37,965 nt of DNA from IMG/VR virus record IMGVR_UViG_3300010052_000157, positions 1 through 37,965 of that record; one strand, 5' to 3'. Shown here piece by piece: positions 33,956 through 37,965 of the stretch. A model generated the notes under the pieces. That model was not told where the DNA came from. It saw only the letters and a program-made list of their open reading frames with translations, and searched no databases. The DNA is from a virus. Its lineage: Duplodnaviria; Caudoviricetes. Within the stretch, counting starts at the first letter, position 1. Each line of letters starts with the position of its first letter. The position numbers and the translations under genes were made by a program.

Positions 33956-34464
33956 AGCGGTGCGGCGACCTCATCGCAATTGGATTGGCGGGCATGGCGT
34001 TCACGTGGATGATCGTGGACGCCATCCCGAAGCTCGCGGGCAGGGTGTTGGCCGAAGAGACGGACCGCATGTACCCTGAGCCCGAGCTCATCTCGCCGGC
34101 GGCGGTATCGCTAATCGCAATGTCGATGCCGGGACCCGAGCCGGTGAACCCGTGGAAGCGCACCAGGATCACGACCTACGGGCCGGGCTACCACGGCAAG
34201 ACGACCAACAGCGGCGAGCGGTTCGACGACAACAAGCTCACCGCGGCGGCTCCCGTGAAGGGCAAGACGAAGGCCGGGCGGCACATTCCGAGCATCCCGT
34301 TCGGCACCTACGTCGAGGTGCGCTATGGCGCGCGTTCGGTGGTTGTGAAGATCAACGACACCTGCGTCGGCGGCACTCTCGACCTCAGCAAAGCGGCCAT
34401 GACGGAGCTGCTCGGGCGATACGAGGAGACAACGCTCAAGGGCGAGTGGCGGGTGGTGAAATAG
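33952..34464 (+). CDS. RlpA-like double-psi beta-barrel protein with N-terminal TM/signal
   Basis: GGAGG then GTG 33952; 'YGPGYHGKTTNSGERFD...TAA...IPFGTYVEV...SVVVKIND...LDLSKAAM'. Confidence 0.8.
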   Translation: MKRCGDLIAIGLAGMAFTWMIVDAIPKLAGRVLAEETDRMYPEPELISPAAVSLIAMSMPGPEPVNPWKRTRITTYGPGYHGKTTNSGERFDDNKLTAAAPVKGKTKAGRHIPSIPFGTYVEVRYGARSVVVKINDTCVGGTLDLSKAAMTELLGRYEETTLKGEWRVVK

Positions 34465-34659
34465 ATGGCGAAGTGCCGCAAGATCTGCTTCCCGAATGAG
34501 GCTGAGGCCCGCGAATACGTGGATTGGAAGCGTCGTGGCCCTAGAGGTCGTAGTTTCCGCCGGGTGAGGTTCTACGCCTGCAAAACCTGCGGGTACATCC
34601 ACTTTACGCGCATGACCGTTGCCGAGTTTGAGCAACACGCCAAAGGGGCAACGCGATGA
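34465..34659 (+). CDS. Small putative Zn-binding protein
   Basis: C.K..F...EA and YACKTCGYIH motifs. Confidence 0.65.
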   Translation: MAKCRKICFPNEAEAREYVDWKRRGPRGRSFRRVRFYACKTCGYIHFTRMTVAEFEQHAKGATR

Positions 34660-35255
34660 TCGTCGAACACGAGAACCAGGTGCCATGGCCAGCTGGCCGA
34701 GGCATCACGGCATCCCGCAAGAGCGGGCCGTTCAAGACGAACATGACCGACGCCTGCGAACGAATCGAGCGTGAAGTGGGCGCATTCACCCGCGCGGGTC
34801 GAGACTGGCGTACCCGGAGCCTTCGCATCTACGCAGAGTGTCAGCTTGGCGTCCGTAATCGGTTCCTTGCAAACCAGCGCGGGCTACTCGATCCTCGCGT
34901 AGCTGTCGAGTTCGATCTCGACGGTCAGCAGTACATCATCGTCGCCGATCGATACGTCGAGCCATGGCAGAACCTGTGCGGAATCGCCGAGTACATCAAG
35001 GCGATCAGGGCACAGGAGCGAAACGGGATCTTCACCGCTGACGAGATGTTCGCTTCATTCGCTGCCCTGCCCTCGGCGCGATCGCGCCACTGGTCCGAGG
35101 TGCTCATGGTGCCGAAGTCGGCCACGCGCGAGCAGATCGACCGCGCGTACCGTGAGCTCGTCCGCAAGCTGCATCCCGACGTCGGCGGCGATCACGAGGA
35201 AATGGTGCTGCTGAACGTCGCCTACGACCAGGCGAAGGCCGAGGTGGGTGGCTGA
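34656..35255 (+). CDS. Protein with C-terminal J domain
   Basis: 'WSEVL...[15 protein letters not shown]...LNVAY' with the HPD motif. Confidence 0.85.
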   Translation: MIVEHENQVPWPAGRGITASRKSGPFKTNMTDACERIEREVGAFTRAGRDWRTRSLRIYAECQLGVRNRFLANQRGLLDPRVAVEFDLDGQQYIIVADRYVEPWQNLCGIAEYIKAIRAQERNGIFTADEMFASFAALPSARSRHWSEVLMVPKSATREQIDRAYRELVRKLHPDVGGDHEEMVLLNVAYDQAKAEVGG

Positions 35256-36355
35256 TGGCCGACAAGACCGCTATCGAGTGGACCGACCGCACATGGAACC
35301 CAGTGAGCGGTTGCACGCGGGCGTCTGCAGGATGTGACAACTGCTACGCGGTTACGATGACCAAGCGGCTCGAGGCCATGGGCCAAGAGAAGTATTCAGG
35401 CCTCGTCAACATCGGCAAGGGGCACTTCAACGGAGCAGTCAAGTGCCACGAGGACGCGCTGTTGCTTCCGTTGAAGTGGCGCAAACCTCAGCGGGTGTTC
35501 GTGAACTCGATGAGCGACCTCTTCCACAAGGAAGTGCCGTTCGAGTTCATTGACAAGGTATTCGCGGTGATGGCTTTGTGCCCGCACCTGACGTTCCAGA
35601 TCTTGACCAAGAGGCCGGAGCGAGCGGCGGAGTATTTCTCAAAGGTCAAGACGGGCTTTGATGAGCCCGGGTACGGCGGGGCTACCGCTATTCTTGACGC
35701 CGCTGAGTCGGTCGCGCCACGATCAGTCCTGCAGCGGCAGGGATTGTTGATCTTCAATGGGGGCCGCTACATCGCTATAGCGCGATGGCCCCTTCCAAAC
35801 GTATGGATCGGCACCAGCGTTGAGGATCAGAAGACCGCTGACGAGCGAATCCCGCACCTGCTGGCGATCCCCGCCGCGGTTCGGTTCCTGTCGTGCGAGC
35901 CGTTGCTTGGGCCGGTGAACCTAGGGGGATCACTCGACGCCGACCGAGATAATCCTTGCGGATGCGGGGACGGAGAATGCCACGAATGCTGGCGCAGCCC
36001 AAGCGCTCCTGCTGTTCACTGGGTGATCTGCGGCGGCGAGAGTGGGCCACACGCAAGGCCGATGCATCCCGATTGGGCGCGGTCGCTCCGGGACCAATGC
36101 CAAGCAGCGGGGGTTCCGTTCCTGTTCAAGCAGTGGGGCGAGTGGGCTCCTGGCGTCGATCCATCCCCATGTCTTCACTCTGGCTGGGTGCGAGCAACTG
36201 CGGACGCCAAGTATACGCACCCAAGCGGATTCAGCAAGTCATCCAAGACGCTCGCCGAAGAGGGTTTTGCCTTCATGGAGCGTGTCGGCAAAAAAGCCGC
36301 CGGCCGACTTCTCGACGGGCGAACGTGGGATCAGTTCCCTGAGGTGACCGCGTGA
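35255..36355 (+). CDS. DUF5131 / phage Gp37-Gp68 family protein
   Basis: '[14 protein letters not shown]...GCDNCYA', '[10 protein letters not shown]', 'LTKRP', 'SCEPLLG', 'GGESG', 'FKQWG'. Confidence 0.92.
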   Translation: MADKTAIEWTDRTWNPVSGCTRASAGCDNCYAVTMTKRLEAMGQEKYSGLVNIGKGHFNGAVKCHEDALLLPLKWRKPQRVFVNSMSDLFHKEVPFEFIDKVFAVMALCPHLTFQILTKRPERAAEYFSKVKTGFDEPGYGGATAILDAAESVAPRSVLQRQGLLIFNGGRYIAIARWPLPNVWIGTSVEDQKTADERIPHLLAIPAAVRFLSCEPLLGPVNLGGSLDADRDNPCGCGDGECHECWRSPSAPAVHWVICGGESGPHARPMHPDWARSLRDQCQAAGVPFLFKQWGEWAPGVDPSPCLHSGWVRATADAKYTHPSGFSKSSKTLAEEGFAFMERVGKKAAGRLLDGRTWDQFPEVTA

Positions 36356-36669
36356 CAGTTAGCCAGATGTCGCTCTTCTCCGACGCGGTGATGGCTTCGA
36401 CTTGCGTGGCCTGCCGTGATGAGCCGAGAGAGTTTGGGCCGTTCGCCGGTGGATTCCAAGTAGGCGACAGGGTGCGCGTTGTTGGCAGTACAAGCTGGGG
36501 ACAGTACACGGGCCGCATGGGCACGGTCGTAGAGTTCACCGGCACCCTAGCCGGCTGGAGGGGGCGTACCGTTCCAGTCGTGCTCGACGGAGGCTACACG
36601 AGCGGCGACGGCGTTTACTGCGTTAACAGCTGGCGCCCTTTCTGGCCTCAAGACTTGGAGGTTGCGTGA
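36352..36669 (+). CDS. Hypothetical protein (SH3/KOW-like)
   Basis: '[11 protein letters not shown]...GRMGTVVE'; GTGA overlaps. Confidence 0.6.
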   Translation: MTVSQMSLFSDAVMASTCVACRDEPREFGPFAGGFQVGDRVRVVGSTSWGQYTGRMGTVVEFTGTLAGWRGRTVPVVLDGGYTSGDGVYCVNSWRPFWPQDLEVA

Positions 36670-37031
36670 GCGAATCGCCCTGCTTGACAGCCGTAGAGGC
36701 CCGGCTCTATCTGCGATGCTCGGAGCGTCAGTTCAAGGCGCTGCGCAAGCTCGGGCACGTCAAACCGCTACCCGTCACCGGGGCATTCTTGAAGTCAGAC
36801 CTCGACGCGCTGATCGAATCACTGCGCGCGATTAGGGATACCGTGATAGGATTAGATACCGATGGCAACACAGAGAAAGGACGGCCGGTGGATGGCCTAC
36901 GCGAGGATTGCACGGGGGCCGAAGGGGAGGATCGCAGTCTACGGAGCAACGGCCGCAGAAGCCGACCGGGAAGCCAGGGCGATCGAGGCCGAGGCGCGTA
37001 TCCCCGACCTTCCGGATTTTTCACAGGGTAG
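36666..37031 (+). CDS. Excisionase-like HTH protein
   Basis: 'LTAVEARLYLRCSERQF...FLKSDLDALI'; directly upstream of, and overlapping, the integrase. Confidence 0.65.
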   Translation: MSESPCLTAVEARLYLRCSERQFKALRKLGHVKPLPVTGAFLKSDLDALIESLRAIRDTVIGLDTDGNTEKGRPVDGLREDCTGAEGEDRSLRSNGRRSRPGSQGDRGRGAYPRPSGFFTG

Positions 37032-37965
37032 CTTCTCGCACTTCGTCTACAAGATCTGGGTGCCGCGGACCTACCCGGAGATCCGCAACACGACGCGCGA
37101 GTTCTACGACGCGCTGCTCGTGCATCACATCCTTCCGCAGCTCGGCAAACTGCCAATCGCCGAAGTGGGCTACGCGGAGATGGAGGCCCTCAAGAGATCG
37201 ATCAGCCGGCGAGACAAGCGCGAGGGCGTACCGTCTCCGAAGCGGGTCCGCGAGATCCTGATGCTCACGAAGACGATCTTGGGTCTTTTCACAAAGATCG
37301 AGCGAGCCAAGGGCAGCCAGGCCAGGGAAGACTGGTCGCTCGTGCGCATGCCTGACGTGCCACGCAAAAAGGACCGGCCAGAGCCAGAGCCGGACTTTAC
37401 GGAGCGTCTGCTCAGCCAGGCCGCGGGGCACTGGATGGAAGGCCCGCTCTTCTGCGCTTTGCTGCTCGGCTTGCGCCGTGGCGAGGTCTGCGGGCTCAAG
37501 TGGAGCGCGATCAACCGCGAGCGCATGGTGATCGAGATCAGGGAGCAACGCCACCCGAAGCTGAAGGCCGGCAGCGTCACCAAGGGCGAACCGCGGTCGC
37601 TACCCGTGCCGGAGGCATTCCTGCGCCACATCGATGAGCTCGGCGACCGTGGCAGCGTCTACGTCTTCACGATGCCGCTGCGCAAAGGCGGCCGGGTGCC
37701 ACTGCTAGAGAACGAACTGTCGAAGCAGACGCCGAGGCTCTGCGCGAAGGCAGGACTGCAGCGCCGCACATTCCACGACCTACGCGCATTTGCGGCATCG
37801 AACCTCGTGGCGCTTGGCGTCGACCTGGTCACGGTCATGGAGATTCTGGGCCACACCAAGCTCGACACAACCGAGCTGTACGTGACCTCGAGAGAGAAGA
37901 GCAAGCGCGAAGCGCTCTCCAAATTGCTGAACGCCCGTCTAGGTGACAACAGAGAAACGGGGTAG
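36862..37965 (+). CDS. int: Tyrosine recombinase/integrase
   Basis: GLRRGEVCGLKW (R), FHDLRA (HxxR), LGH, TELY (Y); N-terminal RKDGRW arm-binding-like motif. Confidence 0.95.
   Translation: MATQRKDGRWMAYARIARGPKGRIAVYGATAAEADREARAIEAEARIPDLPDFSQGSFSHFVYKIWVPRTYPEIRNTTREFYDALLVHHILPQLGKLPIAEVGYAEMEALKRSISRRDKREGVPSPKRVREILMLTKTILGLFTKIERAKGSQAREDWSLVRMPDVPRKKDRPEPEPDFTERLLSQAAGHWMEGPLFCALLLGLRRGEVCGLKWSAINRERMVIEIREQRHPKLKAGSVTKGEPRSLPVPEAFLRHIDELGDRGSVYVFTMPLRKGGRVPLLENELSKQTPRLCAKAGLQRRTFHDLRAFAASNLVALGVDLVTVMEILGHTKLDTTELYVTSREKSKREALSKLLNARLGDNRETG

Larger units (their letters stand above)
1..37965. mobile_element. Temperate siphovirus-like prophage/phage genome (partial; both ends outside the window)
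   Basis: Contiguous terminase, portal, protease, capsid, tail, lysis, replication, cI/cro switch and xis/int modules in lambdoid-like order. Confidence 0.95.

Noticed and set aside
37900-37965. att site
   Set aside because: The window ends at the integrase stop codon; no flanking sequence is available to compare.

Overview
The window is most of a temperate, long-tailed (siphovirus-like) prophage or phage in a GC-rich host. The left end truncates a tail gene, and the right end coincides with the integrase stop codon, so no att site is visible. The minus strand carries the lysis, packaging, head and tail genes (~1-22879) and the cro-side replication/recombination operon (~24480-30630). The plus strand carries the cI-like repressor and a lambda-pL-like early operon ending in xis-int (30702-37965). 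Main points of interest: (1) the portal protein carries a ~160 aa C-terminal extension resembling a PBECR-type RNase/toxin domain; it has no downstream immunity ORF, but a structured antisense RNA candidate overlaps its stop codon; (2) an inserted gene pair encodes an OB-fold-like protein with a VapB-like tail plus an intact PIN nuclease (candidate defence TA system); (3) a clear -1 frameshift site in the tail chaperone; (4) an 11-copy iteron cluster; (5) twin operator/promoters flanking the repressor; (6) a second antisense sRNA candidate, several apparently leaderless genes and antisense membrane-protein morons. All protein family calls are from motif recognition by eye; no database searches were run.
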